64,000 nt of DNA, taken from NCBI GenBank assembly GCA_963711085.1, contig CAVQCT010000002.1:263592-327591 (forward strand). The letters run 5' to 3'. Numbering within the stretch: position 1 is the stretch's first letter; the number at the start of each line of letters is the position of its first letter. Under the pieces are notes generated by a model. It did no database searches. It was not told where the DNA came from and saw only the letters and a program-made list of their open reading frames with translations. Below, in pieces: positions 52,024-62,361 of the stretch. Source of the DNA: an uncultured candidate division Zixibacteria bacterium (GTDB lineage Bacteria > Zixibacteria > MSB-5A5 > GN15 > FEB-12). The translations under genes and the position numbers were made by a program.

Positions 52024-54033
52024 TTGGAAGAAAACTACAAGAATTTTTACGAATTGATTCCGGGGCTTATTGACAGCGATGCTGCCAGAGATAGCAACTT
52101 GCAGTTTCTGGAGGAGGCACGGAAGAGGCTAAAGAATAAAAGAAACATCGAAGGTGAAGCGCAGCATTTTCTGGTGCGACATGCCATAACAGTATTCAGA
52201 GACAACGAAAAGTACAAGGAATTCAGACTTGAACACGGAAGAAGACACCTCGTCGGACTTGTAGAAGCTTCGCTATTTGGAGATGACGTGGTATCTCAAT
52301 CAGAATTGGGGGAAATAATTAGAGAGGGCGAGAAATATGGTTTAACAGAATCCGCGACGAGGAGATTCGTTGAAAATGAAGTTGTCAAGCGTCATGGGCA
52401 AATCGAAACTCCTTCCGGACGGAAAACGCCGACTGAACCTGATCCGCCTAGACCCAATCCACCGAAGCAAGACGAACTCTCGCCCGTCGTCAGTGCGAAC
52501 ATAGCAACGGGCATAGCAGCCTCACTAGCAGTTATCTATATTATTCTTGAGAGAGGGGGATTATATGTCGGAGGGTGGTTCGGTTGGTTAGAGATGATCC
52601 TCTTTGTCGCCCCCGCCATTGTCTCAATCTCAAACGCTTCGCACGGCGCCAAAAGGCATGGCTGGAGTTTGGTGGCAGCTTTTATACTGTATTTCGAGAA
52701 TTATCATACTCTCCTGATCCTGCTCCCGGTTTTCGCACTCTGGCACTGGTCACCTTTTGTGTTTTCCCGGGTGCAGAGAAAACCTAACTTAGTCTGGATA
52801 TTGCCACTAGTACTTTGTGTACTAGTATATGGTTCGGTCGGGGCCGTGCAGCGAATCCCAAAACAAAAGTCATTTATAGGGCCGGCTCCGGAGCACAACG
52901 GGAATGAGGCCAACAAGCGGGAAGAGCAGGAGACTTATCTGAATGCTAAGCGTGACCTAAGGCCCGTCGATTATCTAACGCGTTATCCGAGAGGACCGCA
53001 CGCCGCTGAGATGAGATCAATGGCCGACAGTATTCAGTCTGCGCTCGCAATGGCGAACGACAAACGTATGAAAGAGGAGCAAGCACTCAAGACGAAGCAT
53101 GAGGAACAACAACGGCAGCTGGTGCAGCAACAAACACATCCACAGCCAGCGCAGCAAGCGGCTCAGACCAATATGGCCGAAACCGGTGAGACCACACTTT
53201 CTTACACTTTCACGCGGGATAGCTTGGCTCTTGATATCTTTGCCACTGAGCCTAGCAAAAACACAGGCGTGGAGGTTGGGAAAGGAGACAGTTTAGACCT
53301 AGCGGTGACCTCGTCGACTGAAATTGTCTGGCAAGACGGACAAGCTCCGGTCGGTCCTACCGGAACTCCATTTCTGGCAGATTCACTCATTGATGGCTAT
53401 GCCTTTCTATGTCCTGAAGCTCCCTGTGGCGCTATAGTCGCGAAGATTAGCGATACGGGAAAATGGTTTTACGTAGGCAAGAGGTATGTCGGACAGTCAA
53501 ATCTCGACGGGCAACTATATGTCGCGGTGAATGACAGGCAAGGTCAATTCGCCGACAATTTTGGTGTGTTTACCGTTCAATTGATTCATGTCACGAGGAC
53601 GGCCATTGATGAAAGGCACACCGACCCAAAGACTATGAGCTCCAATAATGAAGAGCGTTCAATTTCTCAACCTCCTAAGAGCGTACTTGTGGGCCCGGGG
53701 CGGATTTTTGCGGAGATCTCAAATATTGATGATCGGGCCAAAATTTACCTAGCGGAGAAGACGATTGCCGAAGGCCAGTATGGCAAGGGCCCGGGTGGCA
53801 TCGCTGTCGGAAATAGGCCAGGGCACACAGAGAAAATAGATATTGGTAATTATTTACATCGTGGGCAAAACAGCCTCAGGTTTGAGGTCTGGAACAAGAG
53901 CGTGTGCTGTGGTGTAAGTGGCACTTTCAGAATATACGATGGAAACCAATTATTGATTGAAAAGAAGTTTAGTCGAAAGGATTCATCAGAAGGCGTAAAA
54001 TACAATGAGACCGTCACAATTCGTGTAAACTGA
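52024..54033 (+). CDS. Multi-pass membrane protein: J-like/TerB-like N-terminus, LecA/PA-IL-like and jelly-roll C-terminal domains
   Basis: NFYEL start; DDVVSQSE...GEKYGL; about five TM helices; NTGVEV..GD...GAIVAKI...GQLY.AVND...DN.G. Confidence 0.7.
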   Translation: MEENYKNFYELIPGLIDSDAARDSNLQFLEEARKRLKNKRNIEGEAQHFLVRHAITVFRDNEKYKEFRLEHGRRHLVGLVEASLFGDDVVSQSELGEIIREGEKYGLTESATRRFVENEVVKRHGQIETPSGRKTPTEPDPPRPNPPKQDELSPVVSANIATGIAASLAVIYIILERGGLYVGGWFGWLEMILFVAPAIVSISNASHGAKRHGWSLVAAFILYFENYHTLLILLPVFALWHWSPFVFSRVQRKPNLVWILPLVLCVLVYGSVGAVQRIPKQKSFIGPAPEHNGNEANKREEQETYLNAKRDLRPVDYLTRYPRGPHAAEMRSMADSIQSALAMANDKRMKEEQALKTKHEEQQRQLVQQQTHPQPAQQAAQTNMAETGETTLSYTFTRDSLALDIFATEPSKNTGVEVGKGDSLDLAVTSSTEIVWQDGQAPVGPTGTPFLADSLIDGYAFLCPEAPCGAIVAKISDTGKWFYVGKRYVGQSNLDGQLYVAVNDRQGQFADNFGVFTVQLIHVTRTAIDERHTDPKTMSSNNEERSISQPPKSVLVGPGRIFAEISNIDDRAKIYLAEKTIAEGQYGKGPGGIAVGNRPGHTEKIDIGNYLHRGQNSLRFEVWNKSVCCGVSGTFRIYDGNQLLIEKKFSRKDSSEGVKYNETVTIRVN

Positions 54034-54150
54034 TGCCGAAGTGTTCTGTTCAGTCTCTATGTCCTAAGGACGGAAATAGGCTGTGATGTCCTAATCTGAC
54101 GAGAAAGAGCCACGTATCCAATTAACTGCCTAGGAGGAGGAAATGGGAGT

Positions 54151-55347
54151 ATGAAAACTCTGTTGAAGACTTGCGCCGGATTGGTCGCCATCATCGTTGT
54201 TGGCTGCGGAGGATCAAGAGTCTTGCAGCAACCGATGACATATCAGAATAACAATCCATCAACTGTCGACCAAGTTGTTACAGATCTCGCAAACGATGCC
54301 TGTCAGCACTTGGCAGGTCAAAAAATCAAGGGACGTCTCGCTTTGTTGGACTGTTATGGGCCATCGGAGAATCCGACCTCTCTCGAGCAAGTTATTACCG
54401 ACGTCAGTCTGGCGAAACTCAGTCAGTGCTCTGTTTCAGAGATGAAAGATATCAAGCTATTGCAGCCTGACCTAATTAGGACAACCATGGCTGTGATGGA
54501 GTTATCCCCTCGGTCGTCAAATATTATGTCAAACGCCAAGCAGTGGGTTCGGCTCGGGGCCCGTATCGTCGGAACTTCTCACTGGGTGCAGTTGTCTGAA
54601 CAAAGTCTCAAAATAGTAATGGAGTTCTATGACGTTGGAGCAGGAGGTCAACAACTTTTTTCGGTGGAAAGAACAATGACTAAGGATGATGCCGTTCGAC
54701 GGTTAATGGGTGAGAGACTGCCTGGTCAGCTAGTAGTAGAGTCACCCTCAAATGGAGCAAAAGTATATGTTGATGGTGGCTACAAGGGAACCCTTGGCGG
54801 GAGTCCTCTGAGTTTTGAAGTCCCCTATGGTTCACACGGATTGCGAGTGGAAAAGGAGGGCTTCAAGGCGTTTTCAAAATCGGTATTTATCCAAGAACGA
54901 GGCTCCGAATCGGCGAAAGTCAAATTTACACAAGCACACACTGCTCCACTCAAAGGGATGTTTCTTAGTGCCGTCGCACCTGGTTCAGCCAGTCTAGTAT
55001 ACGAGAACCGGGTGGGTCTCAAGAATCCTGCTATTTCGGCCAATGGCGCACTTGCGGTCTTGTTCTATTGCGGAGCAATAGCATGGGTCATCGACGATCA
55101 AAGTAAGAATGATTTCCTTGTGGAGAAGGGACGACACGATTATGAGACGATCAGGAACATAGAGCTATATTCCACATTGGGTCTCTATCTAGGGAATGTA
55201 ATAACCGGGTGGCTTGTCGGCAATGAGTACCGCAAGGTAAGCAAGCGAGGAGTGGAATATACAGCAAATGATTCCAACCCTCACTTGTTTGTATATAGTG
55301 CATCGAATACACAAGCTACAATGCTAAAACTTGCGATCAGTTTCTGA
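54151..55347 (+). CDS. Lipoprotein with FlgO/CsgG-like and PEGA domains
   Basis: Lipobox VVGC; SNGAKVYVDG...G.H.LRVEKEGF PEGA motif; GGAGGAGG RBS. Confidence 0.75.
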   Translation: MKTLLKTCAGLVAIIVVGCGGSRVLQQPMTYQNNNPSTVDQVVTDLANDACQHLAGQKIKGRLALLDCYGPSENPTSLEQVITDVSLAKLSQCSVSEMKDIKLLQPDLIRTTMAVMELSPRSSNIMSNAKQWVRLGARIVGTSHWVQLSEQSLKIVMEFYDVGAGGQQLFSVERTMTKDDAVRRLMGERLPGQLVVESPSNGAKVYVDGGYKGTLGGSPLSFEVPYGSHGLRVEKEGFKAFSKSVFIQERGSESAKVKFTQAHTAPLKGMFLSAVAPGSASLVYENRVGLKNPAISANGALAVLFYCGAIAWVIDDQSKNDFLVEKGRHDYETIRNIELYSTLGLYLGNVITGWLVGNEYRKVSKRGVEYTANDSNPHLFVYSASNTQATMLKLAISF

Positions 55348-55363
55348 AGCGATGAGGTGTGTT

Positions 55364-55750
55364 ATGAATAGAAATCTGATAACGTTTGGTCTTCTGATAG
55401 TTGCAATTCCCATGATGATTGGATGCGCATCGATCCTTTCGAAGGACGCCGAGGTAACAGGTAAGGTGAAGTTAGCAGATAACCCACCAAATGGCTTCGG
55501 TGGCGTGTTAGTGAGCAATGGCTATTCGGCAACACATTCAAATTTTGATGGCAGCTTTTCGCTCTCAGGCAAAATATTGGGCGATGCGAACTTTGACGTC
55601 GTCTTCTCCAAAGAAGGATATGTTAGTAAGTCGGTTCACGTAAGCCTAGATTATGGTTCAAACGCTAGCCCAACCGGCTCCAGCAGAGATATCTCAGTCA
55701 ACGTTGGAACAATAACATTGTCTAGAGTGACAAGGAAACCTTCACCTTAG
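55364..55750 (+). CDS. Lipoprotein with carboxypeptidase-regulatory-like Ig fold
   Basis: Lipobox MIGC; VTGKV...DGSFSL...FSKEGY. Confidence 0.7.
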   Translation: MNRNLITFGLLIVAIPMMIGCASILSKDAEVTGKVKLADNPPNGFGGVLVSNGYSATHSNFDGSFSLSGKILGDANFDVVFSKEGYVSKSVHVSLDYGSNASPTGSSRDISVNVGTITLSRVTRKPSP

Positions 55751-56689
55751 GTGCTCAGAAACACCCATACATTTCAATATCCAGTCTGCTGATCCGTTCT
55801 GTCCAATATCCAACGTTATTGTGACAATCGTTACTGCGCCAACCGTTTTCGGCAAAGAGATCACTCCGAATCACTTACACAGCAGACTAGCCAAAAGGCA
55901 CCTATCAGACCTCATTCTGACTTTCAGTGTTGAGGTATGCGTCTTTCAGACTCCAGACAATTCGTCGGTGGAGACAACGTAGAACTCATACGAAGCAGTT
56001 TTCTTGACTTCTAATTCAGATACTCGCATAGGTGATCTTGGCCTACTTCAGAACCTCCTTCCTTCGTGACAATCGGTTCAGTAAGCATTTGAGGATTCAT
56101 CCGTCACTTGCTCAAGCGACATGCTTTTGAATTGATTCTGCGCCAAGACTTTGTTTTGGGCCATCCTGACAAGTTTACAATGCTGATAATGTCGCACATT
56201 CCGTGAGACTATGTCAGAACAGCATTTCTCAAATTGACATGGCCCCCAGTAGTACGAATCTCATAGTCCCTCCGTAACACGCTTTATGACGGGGACTTTC
56301 AAGGACTGATAGCTTCCCAATTAGATGAATTCAGTAAGTTCTGTGCCAGTGATGAATGTCAGTACACGATAGAGCAACTTACGCTGATGCAAGATGTTGC
56401 AGGTGAGTAGACGTCTGCCGAGATGCTGAAACAACGAGTTGATCACGCGTTTTCATTCACATTCGTCTAGCGGATTGGTGATTACCATTTAGGGCTCGAT
56501 TGTTTTAACGGCTATCTCATTCCGCATGTGGAGTAGTTTGAAACCGAATAATCCTGGAAATAAGTGGAGATTTTGAGGATTCTCGCACTGGGGATTGTCG
56601 TCGATCATTGGGCAACAACTAGATTTCTCGGAACAGCTAGCAATGAAGCCACACCAGCATGATAGTATTGGCTTTCTAGTTCGGTTATC

Positions 56690-59600
56690 TCATGAAAAGT
56701 TTGTCTCCAAAACTTTCAGAATGTCTTTGCCGTGTTTCGTCACGATCTTGTTCTTACAATCCTCAGCAAAGTTATCAAAGTCATCGATTACCGAACCTCG
56801 TTGATTGTATATGTGTAGTTGTATGTAGCGATCTAGGACATCAATATCTTTGGCAACTTTGGCGTTGTATGACGTCCCTTTGCTGAAATCAGCTATCCGT
56901 TTTCCGATCATTCGAAGCCCACCGCAATCTGGATAAGTGCCAAGCATCTCAATATAGGAAATCGCTTCAGCCTCCTCTTTAGCACTTTTTGCATTCACTT
57001 CATTAGGAAGAATATCGCCAGTATATGCTTCCGCCAAATCGTGCGCGAGAACGAGATTCACTATTTCGTCCTTGCTGTAGCCTGCCTCAGTTGAGGTGTG
57101 TGGTAGCAACGCTACCGCAAGCAAATACGCCCCGTAGACGTGAGCACCGACAGTCTCTACTGGGTCAATTTTGCGCACCTTCCAGCCACTTCGTGGCAGT
57201 AGCTTAATCTTAGATAATGTGTCAATAATAGTCCGAATTGAAAAACCGTCAGTAGTAAAGTTCTTTGACACCATGCGGAGATAGCTTCGTAATCCTTCAT
57301 TGCTTAGGATATCCCCAAGGAGCAGTTGCTGCGCCAGATTGAAGAGTTCATCTGCCAATTCCTTTGATAATTTACCGCATACATGTCTATGTTGAGCAAG
57401 TGAAAACAAGGTATGAACTTCTATTTCGAATAGGTTGTCGTCTCCATTACCATCCCTGACTCGCGATAGAAGGAAATAATAGGTATTGGGAAAGTCATCC
57501 AGTGGGTCCTCGTGCAGAAGTGGTTCAGTGGGTATGAAGGGCACATCGCCATAATATTCAAGATGAAAGCCTCTATTCAAAGCATCCCATCTAGAATCGC
57601 TAAGCAGAAGATCTACATACTTTTCACTCGACGCACGATCACCAAGCAAACTCAAGCTAATATAAGTTGTTCTTAACAAACGCATCAACGATAGTACTTG
57701 ATCTTCAGTTTTTGAATCAGAAAGTCTTTCATGCCAAAGTAACTTGGTGCCTATGAGCAACTCTTTAGCCATGCTTTTGTACTGAGGAAGCGTAACGCGA
57801 CCGACTAAGTAGCTGAGATTTGCCAAGATTGTTGAATCGACGATTCTGTTTCTACTTGACGGTTTCAGAACATCCTTGAATATGTTCTCAATTGCCTTGA
57901 AGACCACCGACTGTACTTTCTCATCATCACTTAGCATTTCCTTAAGGAAGGCATATACTCGGTTGTGATAAATGGCTGACAGTGCGCTGAGAGATTTTTT
58001 GTTCCTCTTCTTGTGGTAACTAGTCAAGCTTCGAACGACCTGCTTTGCGACGAGAAAATGCCTTATGATTGGATTGATATGCAGGAGGGTCCAACCGGGA
58101 TGGTCTCTAAGGTCTTTAGATGCAACCTCCTCTTCAGGATGAATCTCCCATTTGAAAGCGAGTTCGCTGATCTCCACTAGCGTTGTCTCTGGGGTAGAGC
58201 GTTCTTTTGCTACTGAAGTCAGATACTCCAAACAGTAATCCTGAAGACAACGATTGAGGCTTACGCCACCTCTAGGATCATTCTTCTTGATCTGTTCAAG
58301 CATGATCGCGGCCGTGAACAGGTCGATTGCGCTAAGGTGACTTTGCGCAACGACACGCTTAAACCGCGTAAGGAGTTCCGAATCATGATTCTGATTGACA
58401 AAACTAAGAAATAGATTGCAAAACTTTTCGATGTCTTCCTTGGTATTGATTGCAAATGGGTGAAATGAGAAGACATTGGGAGTACGAAATTCTGTCGGAA
58501 GTTCTCTTTCGTATTCAATATCGCGTTTAGATTCCCTTCTGAATCTTGCCGCAATAATCTTTTTGTGTTTAGCCTTCTTGAGAATATCATTTAGCGACTT
58601 AAGCAGTTGGAGAGCAAATCGTGATTCATCCGCGAAACCGTCGATCAGAACCAAAAGCGGAATCGAGGAGTCGAGTTTGATAAGTTCTATAAGTGGTGCA
58701 AAGTCAGATTTTATGCACTCAGCAACCTGAGACTGTATTCTTGCACCTCCCTCAGTATCGTAAATGATCGAATTGTATCGAGTAAGACTAACAAATACTG
58801 GCAACAATTTGCTTGTCTTCTTTATGTACTTGTAGTAAGCATAAGAGTAGAGCATACCCAAGAACCCTGACTTTCCCGTACCGGGCAATCCACTCAATGT
58901 CAATGTTACTTCGTCTTCTGATTGCTCGATATGCTGTATTACTTGTTCGAAGAGGTGACCGTCCTCACTAAGAAAAAAGTTGTGCTTACTAATGTTCTCA
59001 AACATCGCGGAGACATGCTGCATATTTTCATCATCGAGGGCATGCGCTTGAGTTAGATAGGATGGTAGGTGCTCTCTTTCGATCATCGAGGTAAGAAGAC
59101 TTACAAGCTCGGCAAACTTCTTCTCTTTCTGGTAACCGGCTGTTCCCTCTTGATTCGTAGTAATAGAAGTGTCCATATGATCTAGACACATTCGTAGCGC
59201 CCAAAGTGCATTGTGCATGGCAATTCTTCTAAGAGCACCTCGATACTTTTTCTCGATCTCTTTCTTCGATTCGTCCGCAGGATCTGAAATGCCTCTGATC
59301 ACTGTGGCACGCATACTTCCGTCATTACGGAACCGAGCTTTCAACATTCCATGTGACTCTTGATCCATGGCAAAAAAATTGCGATTCAGATCACTTGTCA
59401 GCCACTTTTTGAACTTCCACGTAGCTCCCACAAAAGGCCCAGTGGCAATGTCCTCAACGAATAACCCAACCTGAAGACTAATCAAACGTTTCTCGCGAAG
59501 TGATTGACTCTCTTCAGACGTAAGCGATTGATTTGCGAATGCCTGGCAACTTGATTGCCATCGATTCCATAGCAAAGGATCCCGAAATTTCATCTGACGA

Positions 59601-60058
59601 AAAAGAGTTTGAATTGTGGAACTCGTATTGATAGGGTCTTGACTAGGTAGGATGTCGTCAAAACTTAAAACCTGATCATTTGGCTCCGTTCCTGACACTA
59701 TTTTTGGTCTATGTAAGTAATGATAGACCGTTCGGCCAACTACCACATCTCCAAGATGGACATCATCAGACACTTTGCCAGCCATACCAACCAGACATAA
59801 TAGCCTCGGTTCGAATTTCTGAAGCATTATTGTTGTTCGGTTGTCGCACTCTGCATCACTTGCCTCGCCGATGTAGGTCGCGACTCCGCGGAGCGGTGCG
59901 CCAACCTGTCGACTATACTCGAAGTCGTAGTATGGCAGGTCCGAATCCCCTTGACTTTGCAGCTTTGTATCCAAGACATCATCTACAAGTTCAAATTCCT
60001 CTTGAAGGGCAATGACTAGCAATACATCGACGGGCTGCTTACGGGTTAACTGGTTCAT
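56690..60058 (-). CDS. PNP/MTA-nucleosidase + P-loop NTPase + HD (YfbR-like) fusion protein
   Basis: IALQEE, VGMAG...LGDVVV, IRGISD; Walker A GLPGTGKS, Walker B LVLIDG; PRSGW...ETVGAH...HDLAEAYTGD...DIDVLD. Confidence 0.88.
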   Translation of the reverse strand: MNQLTRKQPVDVLLVIALQEEFELVDDVLDTKLQSQGDSDLPYYDFEYSRQVGAPLRGVATYIGEASDAECDNRTTIMLQKFEPRLLCLVGMAGKVSDDVHLGDVVVGRTVYHYLHRPKIVSGTEPNDQVLSFDDILPSQDPINTSSTIQTLFRQMKFRDPLLWNRWQSSCQAFANQSLTSEESQSLREKRLISLQVGLFVEDIATGPFVGATWKFKKWLTSDLNRNFFAMDQESHGMLKARFRNDGSMRATVIRGISDPADESKKEIEKKYRGALRRIAMHNALWALRMCLDHMDTSITTNQEGTAGYQKEKKFAELVSLLTSMIEREHLPSYLTQAHALDDENMQHVSAMFENISKHNFFLSEDGHLFEQVIQHIEQSEDEVTLTLSGLPGTGKSGFLGMLYSYAYYKYIKKTSKLLPVFVSLTRYNSIIYDTEGGARIQSQVAECIKSDFAPLIELIKLDSSIPLLVLIDGFADESRFALQLLKSLNDILKKAKHKKIIAARFRRESKRDIEYERELPTEFRTPNVFSFHPFAINTKEDIEKFCNLFLSFVNQNHDSELLTRFKRVVAQSHLSAIDLFTAAIMLEQIKKNDPRGGVSLNRCLQDYCLEYLTSVAKERSTPETTLVEISELAFKWEIHPEEEVASKDLRDHPGWTLLHINPIIRHFLVAKQVVRSLTSYHKKRNKKSLSALSAIYHNRVYAFLKEMLSDDEKVQSVVFKAIENIFKDVLKPSSRNRIVDSTILANLSYLVGRVTLPQYKSMAKELLIGTKLLWHERLSDSKTEDQVLSLMRLLRTTYISLSLLGDRASSEKYVDLLLSDSRWDALNRGFHLEYYGDVPFIPTEPLLHEDPLDDFPNTYYFLLSRVRDGNGDDNLFEIEVHTLFSLAQHRHVCGKLSKELADELFNLAQQLLLGDILSNEGLRSYLRMVSKNFTTDGFSIRTIIDTLSKIKLLPRSGWKVRKIDPVETVGAHVYGAYLLAVALLPHTSTEAGYSKDEIVNLVLAHDLAEAYTGDILPNEVNAKSAKEEAEAISYIEMLGTYPDCGGLRMIGKRIADFSKGTSYNAKVAKDIDVLDRYIQLHIYNQRGSVIDDFDNFAEDCKNKIVTKHGKDILKVLETNFS

Positions 60059-60188
60059 CGTACTCCTTTGTCTCTCAGCGATAGGGATACTAACATAACT
60101 TCATGTTTCGGCCGCGTGTGATTTCAATCGGCCCGTTTATACAATGTCAAGTGCGACTTCAGCAGTTTTTAACTTTTGCGTTTGGATA

Positions 60189-61310
60189 TTAGTATATTTG
60201 CTTCATCGCCGCGAGGAAATGCTCCACCTTGAAAAACCACCTATTCCAACGGTGACCAGCAACACAAGTTACTCGAGATAATGCGTCCTTGGAGGGGTTT
60301 ATTACCATTAGTCTGTTATGAGCCTGACGGGCTGCACCGGCAAAGAGAATCTCCGAGTGATAGTCAGTAACTGGAAGCGAATATCCCCAAACTATCACCA
60401 ACGTAGCATTTTGGAGTTCCCGTTTTGCTTCAGTCCACATTTTCGAAATATCATCGTGAATCCTCTGCCCTTTCTCGTAGACCGGAGGCACCAAGAGAGG
60501 GTAGATTTTCATCCTGCTTCTTCCCAGAGTGAACTGCCGCCTCTGCCAAGCAGCGGCCTGCCTATTCGATGCAGGCTTTGGTAGGTATATCGCTGCCTTC
60601 GGATCATAGGCTGCTGAGCGGTTCCAACTGGGTTTGGACACATACCAGTTCATTGACCCGTGCATCTTGTAAAGCATAATCCCGCTCTTGGTCTTTGGAG
60701 TGGGATGGTTGTTTGGCCTGAATCCATATCCATCTTTATGAGACCAATTCCAAAATTTTCGATCGTTTCCTATTCTGAGTGCTCTATCACACAGAACATC
60801 GTAATTGAAGCTCACGATCGAAACTTTGTTGCTGTTCTTAGATAGGAGACTTAGTAGTCTTATGTGTTGCTCGGGTACCGCCAGATTTGTCGTCAGTAGA
60901 AGTGTGTCCCGAAGAGTCCAGATTAATTCATCCATCAATCTTCTACGCACTTGGCCGGAGTGGGATGACCCTTTACTGTGAAGTACCTCGTAATAGGTGG
61001 AGGCGAATAGTTGCTCCATTCGCTGGTATTTCATTGGATATGGTGCTGATTGCTTCCAAATCTCGCCAAAGAGGTCTCCCATGGTCTCGTACCTCTCTGG
61101 GCAATGATCCTTAGCCTTCGCCAGAAAATCAGCATCCGTAGGTGGAAGTTTTAGGGGATTAGTCACTCCATTGCTTTGCATCTCACTTATGGATGCACCT
61201 GCACCGATAACGAGCACTACTCGATCCTCTTTTGAGAGAAGCGGAAATGCTAACCTCTGGTCACTATTTGACTTTTCGGATGAAACGGCCAAAATCTCCC
61301 CGCATGGCAC
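60189..61310 (-). CDS. SIR2-like (SIR2_2) protein
   Basis: IGAGAS, SFNYD, KMHGSMNW, LVPP, GYSLP..D. Confidence 0.88.
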   Translation of the reverse strand: MPCGEILAVSSEKSNSDQRLAFPLLSKEDRVVLVIGAGASISEMQSNGVTNPLKLPPTDADFLAKAKDHCPERYETMGDLFGEIWKQSAPYPMKYQRMEQLFASTYYEVLHSKGSSHSGQVRRRLMDELIWTLRDTLLLTTNLAVPEQHIRLLSLLSKNSNKVSIVSFNYDVLCDRALRIGNDRKFWNWSHKDGYGFRPNNHPTPKTKSGIMLYKMHGSMNWYVSKPSWNRSAAYDPKAAIYLPKPASNRQAAAWQRRQFTLGRSRMKIYPLLVPPVYEKGQRIHDDISKMWTEAKRELQNATLVIVWGYSLPVTDYHSEILFAGAARQAHNRLMVINPSKDALSRVTCVAGHRWNRWFFKVEHFLAAMKQIY

Positions 61311-61717
61311 CTAACCTCACAACCCTTTGAAAAAGAAAACACTTGAGACGGTTACAGTCAAGTCGAATGTGCTCGGAGTTGCGTTCGGCTCAAGGCGATG
61401 ATAGGGACGCTCTTGGACTTGTTGAAAATTGCCCCTCTTCAAGTTCTGGAATGCCTTCACGAAAATTCGGTGGCACATATAGATCACCCTTCACCCCATA
61501 CATTACATACCCCGCGCTGAGATCATGTCGCACAAGCCGTGAGACTAAGTGATTCGAGTATTTCTCAGGTGACTGTAATCAAACTTTTCCTGACGACGCA
61601 GGCAATTTTAAGTTCCACTTATACAGCAGCTTATGAGAATTCGGCGTACTCAAAGCCATATCGTGATGGGGAAAAGTATAAAAAATACTTGCAAAAAATG
61701 AAACATTTTCCAGAAGT

Positions 61718-62350
61718 TTGCGTTATAATTTATATGAAAGTATACCGCATACCATTTATGATGTGCTGTTGAAAGCAAAGCTCGGAGATATAGTCGATAT
61801 CCGGGTAGGGTACCAGCCGAAGGGCAAAGTTGAACCGGACGAGAACAGTCCCTACCGGATCATACAGATTAAGGATTTCGACGACGACCAGAATTTGCTT
61901 GAGGATGACATTACTCTTTTCAGGCCAGATCGTAACCCTGCTCCTTATTTTCTTGAGGTCGGCGACATACTAACTTTATCCCGGGGACAACGCAACTGGT
62001 CAGTGTCATTAGATAAGAACATCGATAATACGGTCGCGGTTGCATTCTTCTTTGTCTTGCGGCCTTACAAAAATGACCTGGTCTCTTCATACCTTGCGTG
62101 GTATCTTAATCAGGTTCCGGCTCAAAGCTATCTGACTCAGATAGCGCGTCGGGGGTCACATATGCAGGTAATCACAAAGGCGACATTTTTGAATCTTCCG
62201 GTTGAAATACCGTCGATTCGGACTCAAAAGAACATAGCGGAACTTGATCGGTTGGTTCGCATGGAGCGGACACTGATGTGCCGGATCGGTGACAAACGTG
62301 ACGAGCTCATCCGGGCAATTTCATTGAGAAATATCGAAGACGAAAGATAA
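61718..62350 (+). CDS. Half-size type I R-M specificity subunit (single TRD); likely start near 61769
   Basis: KLGDI..I..G, YLAWYLN, L.VEIPSI..QK.I. Confidence 0.8.
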   Translation: MRYNLYESIPHTIYDVLLKAKLGDIVDIRVGYQPKGKVEPDENSPYRIIQIKDFDDDQNLLEDDITLFRPDRNPAPYFLEVGDILTLSRGQRNWSVSLDKNIDNTVAVAFFFVLRPYKNDLVSSYLAWYLNQVPAQSYLTQIARRGSHMQVITKATFLNLPVEIPSIRTQKNIAELDRLVRMERTLMCRIGDKRDELIRAISLRNIEDER

Positions 62351-62361
62351 AGGACGCCTAA

